DNA of 32,621 nucleotides from Nemertoderma westbladi (GCA_032718475.1 JAUCBJ010000565.1:1-32621); one strand, 5' to 3'. Shown: positions 1 to 9,938, counted from the stretch's first letter. A program made the numbers and translations. The notes: generated by a model not told the origin, from the sequence alone.

Positions 1-1705
1 GTAAAGTTTTAATTAACTAAAAATTAACTTGAATATGGTTAAGATTTAATTAACTTAAAGTTATATAACTTGTATATGGTTAAGTTTTAATTACATCTAA
101 GTTAACTTGAATATGGTTAAGTTTTATTTAAATATAAGTTAACTTGTATGTGGTAAAGTTTTAATTAACTAAAAATTTACTTGAATATGGTTAAGTTTTA
201 TTTAAATATAAGTTAACTTGTATGTGGTAAAGTTTTAATTAACTAAAAATTAACTTGAATATGGTTAAGATTTAATTAACTTAAAGTTATATAACTTGTA
301 TATGGTTAAGTTTTAATTACATCTAAGTTAACTTGAATATGGTTAAGATTTAATTAACTAAAAGTTATATAACTTGTATATGGTTAAGTTTTAATTACAT
401 CTAAGTTAACTTGAATATGGTTAAGTTTTATTTAAATATAAGTTAACTTGTATGTGGTAAAGTTTTAATTAACTAAAAATTTACTTGAATATGGTTAAGT
501 TTTATTTAAATATAAGTTAACTTGTATGTGGTAAAGTTTTAATTAACTAAAAATTAACTTGAATATGGTTAAGATTTAATTAACTTAAAGTTATATAACT
601 TGTATATGGTTAAGTTTTAATTACATCTAAGTTAACTTGAATATGGTTAAGATTTAATTAACTAAAAGTTATATAACTTGTATATGGTTAAGTTTTAATT
701 ACATCTAAGTTAACTTGAATATGGTTAAGTTTTATTTAAATATAAGTTAACTTGTATGTGGTAAAGTTTTAATTAACTAAAAATTTACTTGAATATGGTT
801 AAGTTTTATTTAAATATAAGTTAACTTGTATGTGGTAAAGTTTTAATTAACTAAAAATTAACTTGAATATGGTTAAGATTTAATTAACTTAAAGTTATAT
901 AACTTGTATATGGTTAAGTTTTAATTACATCTAAGTTAACTTGAATATGGTTAAGTTTTATTTAAATATAAGTTAACTTGTATGTGGTAAAGTTTTAATT
1001 AACTAAAAATTTACTTGAATATGGTTAAGTTTTATTTAAATATAAGTTAACTTGTATGTGGTAAAGTTTTAATTAACTAAAAATTAACTTGAATATGGTT
1101 AAGTTTTATTTAAATATAAGTTAACTTGTATGTGGTAAAGTTTTAATTAACTAAAAATTAACTTGAATATGGTTAAGTTTTATTTAAATACAGTATAAGT
1201 TAACTTGTATGTGGTAAAGTTTTAATTAACTAAAAATTAACTTGAATATGGTTAAGTTTTATTTAAATACAGTATACGTTAACTTGTATGTGGTAAAGTT
1301 TTAATTAACTAAAAATTAACTTGAATATGGTTAAGTTTTATTTAAATACAGTATATATACGTTAACTTGTATGACTGTATGTGGTAAAGTTTTAATTACA
1401 TATAAGTTAACTTGAATATGGTTAAGTTTTATTTAAATACAGTATATGTTAACTTGTATGACTGTATGTATGTGGTAAAGTTTTAATTACATATAAGTTA
1501 ACTTGAATATGGTTAAGTTTTATTTAAATATAAGTTAACTTCAATGTGGTAAAGTTTTAATTAACTAAAAGTTATATAACTTGTATATGGTTAAGTTTTA
1601 ATTACATATAAGTTAAACTTGAATTTGGTTAAGTTTTATTTGAATAAGTTAACGTGAATATGGTTAAGATTTTTAATTAAATATAAGTTAACTTGTGGTT
1701 AAGTA
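1..1705. repeat. AT-rich satellite, 37-bp monomer (41-bp variant) with ~304-bp higher-order repeat; runs off the left edge
   Basis: GGT(T/A)AAG starts recur at 37, 78, 115, 152 (spacing 41, 37, 37). The same block recurs at 227, 531, 835 (period 304). Many monomers contain the palindrome AAGTTAACTT. Degenerates toward 1700. Confidence 0.95.
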
Positions 1706-1912
1706 AAGTGTATGTATGCTGCAACTACTGAATGAACGGCTCCAATTTAAGTAATAATATTTTATTTATTCAGTAATAATAAGAAATAGTGGACATTACA
1801 AAACTAAGCATAGCTAAATGGGTTTTATTTATTCTAAAAATGACAAACTGCACATCCAATAACTGCAAAGCTGTGGTTAAACAAAATGGCAATAAAACAC
1901 ATGAATTATGAA

Positions 1913-2272
1913 TTAAAACAGCGTCGCCTGTTGTTCTCGAGCATTACGACTTCGCTCCAGAACCTCCGCCTTGCCGAAATACTCCCCGGCGAACTTAGTT
2001 ACATTGTCTGGCCTAGCCAATAGAACAGCGTGTAGGTAGTCATCCAGTAGCCATTGTATCTCCGGGTGGTCCCGTAAATACCGCTCGTTATCTATACGAG
2101 TGACGCCCTTATACTCGTTCAGATAAGCTTGCTGTCTCTCATTGAGAGCTCCGCGGTCGTACTCTTGCATCCCCAGTGGGGGGTTGTGAAGGGGAACTTG
2201 ATGGCGAGGCTGTCTGTTGTTGTTCATTTTAGACTCGTTAGTTTTTTCGGAACACTCTGAGTCGTCTGACAT
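1913..2272 (-). CDS. RIIAD1: RIIa (PKA RII-type D/D) domain-containing protein 1-like, single coding exon, 119 aa
   Basis: LNERQQAYLNEYKGVTRIDNERYLRDHPEIQWLLDDYLHAVLLARPDNVTKFAGEYF matches the RIIAD1 pattern (L..EQ...L..FK..TRI.NE.YLR.HPE...LL..F...V....P.N...FA..YF). GCC-ATG start context. Minus-strand AATAAA signals at about 1824-1829 and 1761-1770. Confidence 0.85.
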   Translation of the reverse strand: MSDDSECSEKTNESKMNNNRQPRHQVPLHNPPLGMQEYDRGALNERQQAYLNEYKGVTRIDNERYLRDHPEIQWLLDDYLHAVLLARPDNVTKFAGEYFGKAEVLERSRNAREQQATLF

Positions 2273-2534
2273 GGCTTGCGAATTTTAACTAGTTTTAAAC
2301 ACTTGTAATATACCTGACATCTGGTACCGCTCAACCGGTGTTGTAGAATAATTACAGTAAGCGAGATTATATCCAAAATACAGAAAAAATTTCCGCAAAA
2401 TATTTTATCTTCACTTGTAAAGCATGAATACTGTTGTAGCAGACAGGGAAACACCAGTACCGGTACAGGGAGTAGGCCTACTCTACAACTGTGCCGAATT
2501 ACTGATTACTGTGCACAACTGTTAGTTGACGTTA

Positions 2535-2547
2535 GGTGCCTAGCAAC
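2535..2547 (-). promoter_or_regulatory. RFX X-box-like motif upstream of the RIIAD1-like gene
   Basis: GGTGCCTAGCAAC (reverse complement GTTGCTAGGCACC) fits the X-box consensus GTTNCCATGGNAAC / GTTGCTAGGCAAC, about 260 bp upstream of the ATG of a cilia-associated gene. Confidence 0.65.
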
Positions 2548-2588
2548 CGAGTCAACATATTTATTATTTCTTTCAATTTATTTTCTAG

Positions 2589-2806
2589 GAACAATGCCAA
2601 TGAATATCGCTATTTATTCGCAATGGTTGTTTGTTGATGACTATAATGGGACCAATAATGTTATTCTCAAAGGACAATATTACCTCAACATGTCTCTCAC
2701 TTTATTATTTGTAACTTCATCATGTTTAGCTGGAATGCTACTTAAATATAAATTCCCTCGCAAAATGAAGAAGATCATAATATATTTTAAACCATTTGTA
2801 TTTTTT
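2589..2806 (+). CDS. SLC10-family sodium/bile acid cotransporter-like, internal exon A
   Basis: Acceptor ttttctag (2581-2588), donor gtaagt (2807). Encodes (G)TMPMNIAIYSQW...NMSLTLLFVTSSCLAGMLLKYKFPRKMKKII, the SLC10 'MP.N..IY...W' and 'GM....K.P' segments. Phase 1 in, phase 0 out. Confidence 0.85.
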
Positions 2807-2916
2807 GTAAGTTTTGCTAAGTTATATTGGCTAATCTGGTTTTTTTGTATACAGCATCTTCATTATTTCACAGTAGGCCTACATTTTTTCACTGCAGGCT
2901 ATTACACAGTAGGCCT

Positions 2917-4810
2917 ATTGCAAAGCTATACAATAGAATTCTATTAAATCGCATCAGGGATCCCATTGAGAGACTGCTCCGTGAAAATCAGAATGGGTTC
3001 CGTAAAGGTCGTGGGACCATGGAGCCCATTTTGGCACTTAGAAGGATAATTGAAGAGTTATCAAAAATGAAAGACAGGCATCTGGCTGTTATCTTTGTTG
3101 ACTTCTTCAAGGCCTTTGATTCAGTCTCTCGCTCACGTATGTTCAGCATACTTTCATTATATGGGATTCCTGATGAAATTATTGCAGCAATCAGATCAGT
3201 ATACGATGGTTCGACAACATTTGTGTCTACTGTTGACGGTGACACAGAACCATTTGAAGTGTTATGGGGCGTCCTCCAGGGAGACACACTTGCACCATTC
3301 TTGTTCATAATTGTTGTTGACTATGTTCTACGCATGTCCTTAGATCATCATAATGATGATGGGGTGATGATAACTCCACCTACTGGCTCCAGAAGTCGAG
3401 GAAATCCTGCCAAGTACCTAACAGATCTAGAATTTGCTGATGACTTAGGAGTACTCTCAGAATCACTAGAGGGAACCCAACAGCTCCTCAGCTCATTAGA
3501 ACATGCTGCATATTGTTAGCTTATCCAATTCCGCTAACACAAACCCATAAAGTCAACCGTTAAGCAATATTGGGGGCCACGAGATTGGGCAACCAATAAC
3601 TCGTGTCACCCCAACAAAGTGGGAAGGAGAAACACACAATAGGGGTCAGGGGCCATACCCCTGACAGAGAGAGAATAGCAAGGGCGAAGGGAAGCACTTC
3701 AGAGGGGGGCAAAGGGTGACAAGTAGGATATTAGCCAATGGGGGGGGGGAGGCATCGGCTGAGTAGTGATTATATGGCCAACCGTGCAATATATATTACC
3801 GGTCGATGCAACATTCATTCAGTTTGCTCAGTCAGTTCAGTAGGGTGGAGCGGTGACTTCTATCACCGTCCGCTACCGCCATCACATGTAATACTTATCT
3901 ACCGGTAACCGTGTCATCCATTCAACTGTGCTATATCAACTATATTATACCTTTATACATATTACCGAACATCAGAACTCTTAACGAACCTTTTCATATA
4001 CACGGCGGGGACGCGTAGATAGAAAACCCAAACGGATAAATCGGGATCCGTAGATCCCGTCACACATCTAGTGTTGGTCTTTTTATTAACTCCAGAAAGA
4101 CCAAAATTTTGACAGTTAACTTTGAAAGTCCTCAGCAAGTCTCTGATCGGATGAGCATAAGCTCAAAAGATGGTATGCTTGAGCATGTGGATGACTTCTG
4201 TTACCTGGGATCATGGATCCGGAAGTCAGGTGAGGACCTTCGAATACGTAAGGGAAAGGCATGGGCAGCCTTGAATAGGCTTTCCAGGATTTGGAAGTCA
4301 CCGAGAATTAATCGGAAACTTAAGGTCCGGTTATTTAGTGCAGCAGTAGTTCTAGTACTCCTCTATGGGAGTCCATGCTGGGCTCTAACTGCTGAGGACA
4401 CCAAATCTCTGGATGGCACATTCACAAGAATGCTACGCCGGGTTCATTGTGTCAAGTACAATGCACACATCTCCAGCCAGACTCTATATAACATTGGAGG
4501 TGTCTCATTAGTTCCCCCAAGCTTGACACTAGAACAACATCGCCTCCGCTTTGCAGGACATTTCTTTCGCCGTGAGGACCAGCCAGTGCATAATCTTGTA
4601 CTTTGGCACCCTCATGGAGTGAATGAGCATGGTGGACAGCCCATGACTTTCTTGAGACGCATCTTAAAGGACACTGGCCTTGAAGATGCGGATGATCTAG
4701 CAAATGTCATGGGTGATAGGGAGTTGTGGCGGTGCAATTTTGTCGATAAGCCGGCACAGCATTCTTAAAAATGCAGCTACAATGCAGCATGCCGATCCTA
4801 GTAGTAGTAG
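2917..4810 (+). mobile_element. 5'-truncated RTE-type non-LTR retrotransposon, copy 1 (reverse transcriptase, split by a solo LTR)
   Basis: RT motifs QNGFRKGR, FVDFFKAFDSV, GVLQGDTLAPFLF, LEFADD, FCYLGS. Removing 3509-4064 joins ORFs 2827-3519 and 4109-4768 in frame (LEHAASSVGLFINSRKTKIL). Short 3' UTR ending in (TAG)n at about 4799-4810. Confidence 0.93.
3514..4064 (+). mobile_element. Solo LTR (551 bp) inserted in LINE copy 1
   Basis: TGTTAGC...CCGTCACA termini, 5-bp TSD CATAT/CATCT (one mismatch). CCAAT, TATA-like ATATATT and TCAGT initiator-like motifs in order at about 3735-3840. Confidence 0.85.
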
Positions 4811-4811
4811 G

Positions 4812-5007
4812 TCTATTACACAGTAGGCCTATTACACAGTAGGCCTATTGCACAGTAGGCCTATTACACAGTAGGCCTATTACACAGTAGGCCTATTACA
4901 CACTAGGCCTATTACACAATAGGCATATTACACAGTAGGCCTATTACACAGTAGGCCTATTACACAGTAGGCCTATTACACAGTAGGCCTATTACACAGT
5001 AGGCATA
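4812..5007. repeat. 16-bp minisatellite (CACAGTAGGCCTATTA)n, ~12 copies; further units at about 2868-2922 on the other side of the LINE
   Basis: Direct reading of tandem units. Confidence 0.95.
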
Positions 5008-5163
5008 TACTTTTAAACTTAACCTTAAACGTTAAAGTAATGAAGGACGTAGGCCTACCGTTATAGAAAGTATTAATTTTCATACAAAATCGTTGATTTA
5101 TACATAAACTACCCAATAATATTTTCTCAAATTCAGTGTACAGAAATAGACAAGCCGTTCCGT

Positions 5164-5216
5164 ACAGGAATATTGATCCGTGAATAACCAATCAGCTCAC
5201 GGATCAATATTCCTGT
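5164..5216. repeat. Perfect 20-bp inverted repeat with 13-nt CCAAT-containing loop
   Basis: ACAGGAATATTGATCCGTGA-ataaccaatcagc-TCACGGATCAATATTCCTGT. A third degenerate arm lies at about 5223-5240. Confidence 0.9.
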
Positions 5217-5972
5217 TTTCATACAGGAATTGTTGATCCATTCAGAAGGAGTTGTCCCCCACTTAAAATTACTATCAAAGGAGCAGGTTAGTAAAGGAGC
5301 AGGTTACAGAGGCGTGTTGAGGGAACCAAAACAATAAACGAAAGTTAACACATGTTACAATATTATGCATGTCTTTATAATTGGGTCTTGAGTCTTTGGA
5401 AATATCAAAAATTCCTGTATAAAACAGCTGATTGAGTGAGTGAGCTCTCAAAAATAGTTAATTTGGACATAAACTTAACAATATACAGTAACTCTTAAAA
5501 GTGTCGCCTGAACCACTCTGCCGTGCAACGTGAAAAGACCGCAAGTCACAAAAAGTCATTTCGAGTGAAACGCAAATTACTGTTTGCCTTCAGAGTGTTG
5601 GTTTAAAATGTCCGTAAACTACTAATTCTTTATAACCCTACGCAATTGGGGGTGGGAAATTTTTCTATGTGATTATTGCTCGCTTTCCATTAATATTTTG
5701 ACTTTAGGGTTATTTTTTGTACTTACGGTGTTTTAGCATTGTACAACCTGTATGTAAATACATTCGATACAATGCAAAAACAAATTTCACAATGACAAAA
5801 CACTGCACGTCTCTTTCCGAGAAAATTGTCTTCAAAGTTTAAATCTTCCCGCTCAAAACTGTCTGTCTTGGGTCTGGTTGGTTAATAATATCTGGCACAT
5901 CACAGAGCTATGGTTTTTGAAGTCCGAAATTTAATTTCCAATGTCAATTATTATGTCTAGTCTGTCTGACTA

Positions 5973-6212
5973 GGCGAGGAAGGCGGGGTAGCTCAGTTGG
6001 TTGAGCGCCGGGCCTGCAATCTATTGGTTGTAGGTTCAGCCCCACCAGGGTCCACTCAGCCTTTCATCCACTGGGGTCGATAAAATGAGTACCAGTTAAA
6101 ATAACTGGGAGCAAATCTTGGGATAGGAGAAGCGCCCACCCCTACCCTCGGGGTAGCAGCTATCGAAAGAGGAGGTCGCCTTCGGCTTCGGCCGACTGTT
6201 TTTTTTTTTTTG
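5973..6212 (+). mobile_element. Full-length tRNA-derived SINE with Nin/Deu-type core
   Basis: A box TAGCTCAGTTGG, degenerate B box GGTTCAGCCC, core CACTCAGCCTTTCATCC..GGGGTCGATAAAATGAGTACC, terminal hairpin plus T13, perfect 11-bp TSD CTGTCTGACTA (5962-5972 and 6213-6223). Confidence 0.88.
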
Positions 6213-6714
6213 CTGTCTGACTATTGGTCTGGCTCTGGCTGTCTGTCTAAACTTACTGTACATTTTGATGGTAAGACCGGCAGGCATGGCCAGACAGTGA
6301 TGATAAACTCGATAAATAAAAGCGATCTCGCTTAAAGCACTTAAGAAGGAATTATCATACTAAATAGTTGGGTAGGGTGGGTTCATCTCAGGTGACTAAT
6401 GGAATTATTAACAACAGTTAAATTACAAGGGCTTCTTCAGCCATCAGGACTTCTTCGGATAATTAATGAAAATGCATACAAACAGATCTCGCCAAGACAT
6501 GTTCACAAATGAAATCCTCATTTAATTCTGCTCTAATTCCGTAGCGTACAGACATGAGGATAAAACACCGCAAGTCATTGGTTGAAATTTCAATTTTGAA
6601 TTTCGCGCCTTTTCTGCAAAATAGTAAAAACCGCAAGTCAAAAGACGCAAATTTCAATAAAACCGTATGTCCGTTTTCTTATTATCTATGCAATGACAAA
6701 AAACCGGGATAATA

Positions 6715-8805
6715 CTGTACACAATCTGGACCGAACTGAACCGAACTGGATCGAAAGAGTGGCGAACTGGACCGAACTGGACCGCCAAATAAAATATAAT
6801 ATAAAAACAACCATCCATGCAAACAGGTGAAAATTAATATTGAATTTCAATTGGTCTTTTCATACATTATAAATTTAGTTGCTTATAAGATGTCGCTAAA
6901 TTAAGATTATTTACTTCACATAAAACACTGCTGTACTGCTTTTACCAGTAGGCCTACCAGTAGCAGGTATCTGGGTTTATAGTGTTTATAGGTTGCAGTA
7001 TTTTGCGTACCGGTAGTTGTATTCAATGCAGCAATGAATGACAGTACCGGAAGCCAGAGTACACACGGTAAATTCGTTAAATATGTACCGGTAATGTAAT
7101 TCATTAAATTGAAATGTAGGCTACCGGTAAATAAATAAATATTGCATATAATAAATTTAAATAAATAAATACAGAAATAGTAGTGCCAGATTTCTGGCGT
7201 TTGTTAAAAACACTGAACAGCAACAGCGGAACGATGCCGATCAGCCGATCCGGACTGCCGGATCAAAAAGAGGGCGACGGAGTCTATTAAATGGAAACGC
7301 TGTATCGATCGCGACCCGGGACGATGGCGGCGGAGTCTATTAAACCCGGGACGGTGACGGCGGGCTGGCGGAGCCTATTAAACCCGTAACGATGACGACG
7401 GAGTTTATTAAACCCGTATAAAGTAGTATTAAGCGGCTCTCTAGTTACGTAATAAATATTCGAAAACAGTAAACTATTTACGGCGAGTAAAATAACTTTT
7501 TTTGAAGGAGATTTGTAGATTACACTCAGTGTGTTCATTAAACTCAGATTTTACTATTTAACATACAAAATTATTACTATTAAACATAAAATAAAAACAA
7601 CCGTTAAAATGTAACAATCAAAGGCAATACAATATTAAAGCACGAACAATCAAATTTAAATTATTTAATAATTAATTAATTATACACAATAAATTCAATA
7701 AACCCTCCTTCACTTCACTCAATTCGGATTGTGCCTTAAGGTAAGCGTTAATTGTCGACTATAGTAATGTCGACTTCCTCAAATTCTGAGTTACACGACA
7801 TACAAATATGTCATGTCAAAGTCGAGGGAAATTACGATAAGAATAAGTACCGGTACTTTCTTGTCCGATCTATTGTAAATTTATAATCTGCAATCTACCT
7901 CCTACACAGTAATTAATTAGATAGGTTCCACCAGCAGGCAGCAGACACTGATTGATTCTTTGAGAAAGCTGAAAGCGTGCAGTGCCAGCGTTATATTAAC
8001 AGATTCAACGGCTTCTTCCAATGGAGACACGAGACACCAACAACCAATAACCGAAAGTAACGGACCGATAATTTCTTCTTGCATGATTGCCGACGACCCA
8101 TTGCCCATCCACCCCGACCTGCCGACCGAGCTCTCGGTACGGGTATCCCCGCCAAAAACAACCAAGTCTCTATCCGCCTCGAGAAAACGAGAAACTCGAT
8201 CGACCCAATTCGATTTAGGGCCTATCGAATTGGAATTGGACTCCCACTTTCGCGCCGCAAAGAATGTAATCCTGTCATCTGGTGCGATACACGTTGTCAG
8301 ACGCAGCCGTTCAGCCCTCCCCCAAGGCGATCCGGTCCGCCGCTAAACCCAGATCGCATCGCATTCCTCGTCGACGTCGACATAAGTCTGACTCTTCCCG
8401 CCGCACTCCGTGCTCGGAGTATGGAGTAAGAAACTCGGCAGCGGCCCGCATTACGATCCGACTGACCCCGTGTAGAAAATATAATCAAACATTACTGCTT
8501 TCATTGCTGCATTGAACACAACTACCGGTACGCAAAATACTGCAATCTATAAACCCAGATACCTGCTACCGGTAGGCCTACTGGTAAAAGCAGTACAGCA
8601 GTGTTTTATGTGAAGTAAATAATCTTAATTTAGCGACATCTTATAAGCAACTAAATTTATAATGTATGAAAAGACCAAATGAAATTCAATATTAATTTTC
8701 ACCTGTTTGCATGGATGGTTGTTTTTAGATTATATTTCATTTGGCGGTCCAGTTCGGTCCAGTTCGCCACTCTTTCGATCCAGTTCGGTCCAGATTCGAG
8801 TACAG
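6715..8805. mobile_element. Non-autonomous DNA transposon (2.1 kb) with ~320-bp TIRs and GC-rich internal cargo
   Basis: 6715-7038 is the near-perfect reverse complement of 8500-8805. Termini CTGTAC...GTACAG, subterminal CTGGACCGAA 10-mers, left flank TA and right flank AA. No transposase recognised. Confidence 0.88.
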
Positions 8806-8862
8806 AACTATTCAAAAAACCGCAAGTATTGTGACTTACGGATGTTTCGCATAAATTTAATA

Positions 8863-8962
8863 AACTAATATTTTAGTTAATAAACTAATATAACTAATAT
8901 TTTAGTTAATAAACTAATATAACTAATATTTTAGTTAATAAACTAATATAACTAATATTTTA
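8863..8962. repeat. 29-bp minisatellite (~3.4 copies) abutting the exon B acceptor
   Basis: Unit AACTAATATTTTAGTTAATAAACTAATAT. Confidence 0.9.
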
Positions 8963-8969
8963 TTTACAG

Positions 8970-9109
8970 ATGCTTACTGTGTTTATTGCTGTAATCATTT
9001 ACGATGGAATGTATATTTTCTATAACATGAATATGTTTACATTGGGGGTGTCTCTGTTACTGCCAGCTATTGGTTCATTTTTAGCCGGTGTTATGGGAAC
9101 AGTGTTGAG
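8970..9109 (+). CDS. SLC10-family transporter, internal exon B (absent from ORF track)
   Basis: Acceptor tatttacag, donor AG|gttagt. Encodes MLTVFIAVIIYDGMYIFYNMNMFTLGVSLLLPAIGSFLAGVMGTVL(R), the SLC10 'LP..G...G' helix. Phase 0 in, phase 2 out, compatible with both neighbours. Confidence 0.85.
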
Positions 9110-9383
9110 GTTAGTTTTATAACGAACCCGCTAATTTAGGCCTGTGAGTATTTATTTTTTAATGAAAATTATGTGAACCAAAAAATTACGCCCCAGTCAG
9201 TTGTCAGAGCCACCGGATTCGCACGAGTTCCAAAGAACAATATCAGAATTTAAGAAATTTTGAATTTTATAAATACAAACTATACGACACGTTTGGGTAA
9301 TTTTTTGTGTAATTTGTATCGTAAACTACATGCATGTAGGGTATGTGTTTTGTTAATACTGTAAGATTGTTTACCATTTATAG

Positions 9384-9532
9384 ACTACGTTTATCTGCTA
9401 TTAAGACAATAGCCATTGAGGTGGGAATCCAGAATGCGGGTATTGTTGCTGCTATGGGGAAGTTACTGTTCGACCAACCGGAAGCAGACTTATCCATTGT
9501 GTTGCCCGTGACAACGTTTATATCAACTAGCG
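9384..9532 (+). CDS. SLC10-family transporter, internal exon C with Na+-site motif
   Basis: Acceptor atttatag, donor G|gtatgt. Encodes LRLSAIKTIAIEVGIQNAGIVAAMGKLLFDQPEADLSIVLP, the hallmark TI.IE.G.QN motif (SLC10A3/A5-like EVG.QN form). Phase 2 in, phase 1 out. Confidence 0.92.
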
Positions 9533-9784
9533 GTATGTACGCCTACAGTACGTACATGTGCTAAACTGCTAAACATAATAAATTACTGTACAGTACTGAA
9601 GAGACACAGTTACTCTTAGAGTGGCCTTAAAGGAAAACACCTGGACTCTTTACGAGTTGGCCCAATCAGTTGGGGGGACATTTGCTAGTCCTATTTCAAG
9701 AGGCGACATTTCGTTGTGAAGTTCCAGCACTGTTTTAATAAACGCACCATTATTATAATGAATATTTTATTCAATTGTTTTTAG

Positions 9785-9938
9785 TGTTATTATGGAATTT
9801 AGTCATAATACATGTCATTGCAAAGCATTATTGCAGTAAATATAAGAAGATCATAAAATCCAATAGAGAGGAGGCGATGAGAGAACAAGGTGAAACAGCT
9901 GTTCAGGAAGAGCAATCTAATATATTATCCTTTATCAG
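9785..9938 (+). CDS. SLC10-family transporter, exon D (last TM helix and start of cytoplasmic tail)
   Basis: Acceptor tgtttttag, donor AG|gtactg. Encodes (V)LLWNLVIIHVIAKHYCSKYKKIIKSNREEAMREQGETAVQEEQSNILSFI(R). Phase 1 in, phase 2 out. If unspliced it reads to a stop at 10002. Confidence 0.75.

Larger units (their letters stand above)
5528..8852. mobile_element. Old non-autonomous TIR element hosting a SINE and a younger TIR element
   Basis: Imperfect 23-bp inverted ends (17/23): ACGTGAAAAGACCGCAAGTCACA and TGTGACTTACGGATGTTTCGCAT. Internal CCGCAAGT motifs at about 5539, 6568, 6631, 8820. Confidence 0.5.

Noticed and set aside
1-1705. CRISPR-like 37-bp periodicity
   Set aside because: Contiguous tandem monomers without unique spacers, no cas genes, eukaryotic context.
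2594-2947. 117-aa stand-alone ORF
   Set aside because: Only 2589-2806 is an SLC10 exon; the rest is intron read-through. Likewise ORF 9343-9564 and the N-terminus of 2827-3519.
2988-4703. Antisense and alternate-frame ORFs over the LINE (also 11926-12177, 12575-13042)
   Set aside because: Shadows of the RT frame; repeated only because the LINE is repeated.
5982-6045. tRNA gene
   Set aside because: T-arm and acceptor stem are degenerate; it continues into a SINE core and is flanked by a TSD. The same applies to about 12520-12590.
7741-7764. 24-nt GTAAGC...TAG micro-intron (and a 26-nt one in the RIIAD1 5' region)
   Set aside because: Too short for typical animal introns and no support beyond the dinucleotides.
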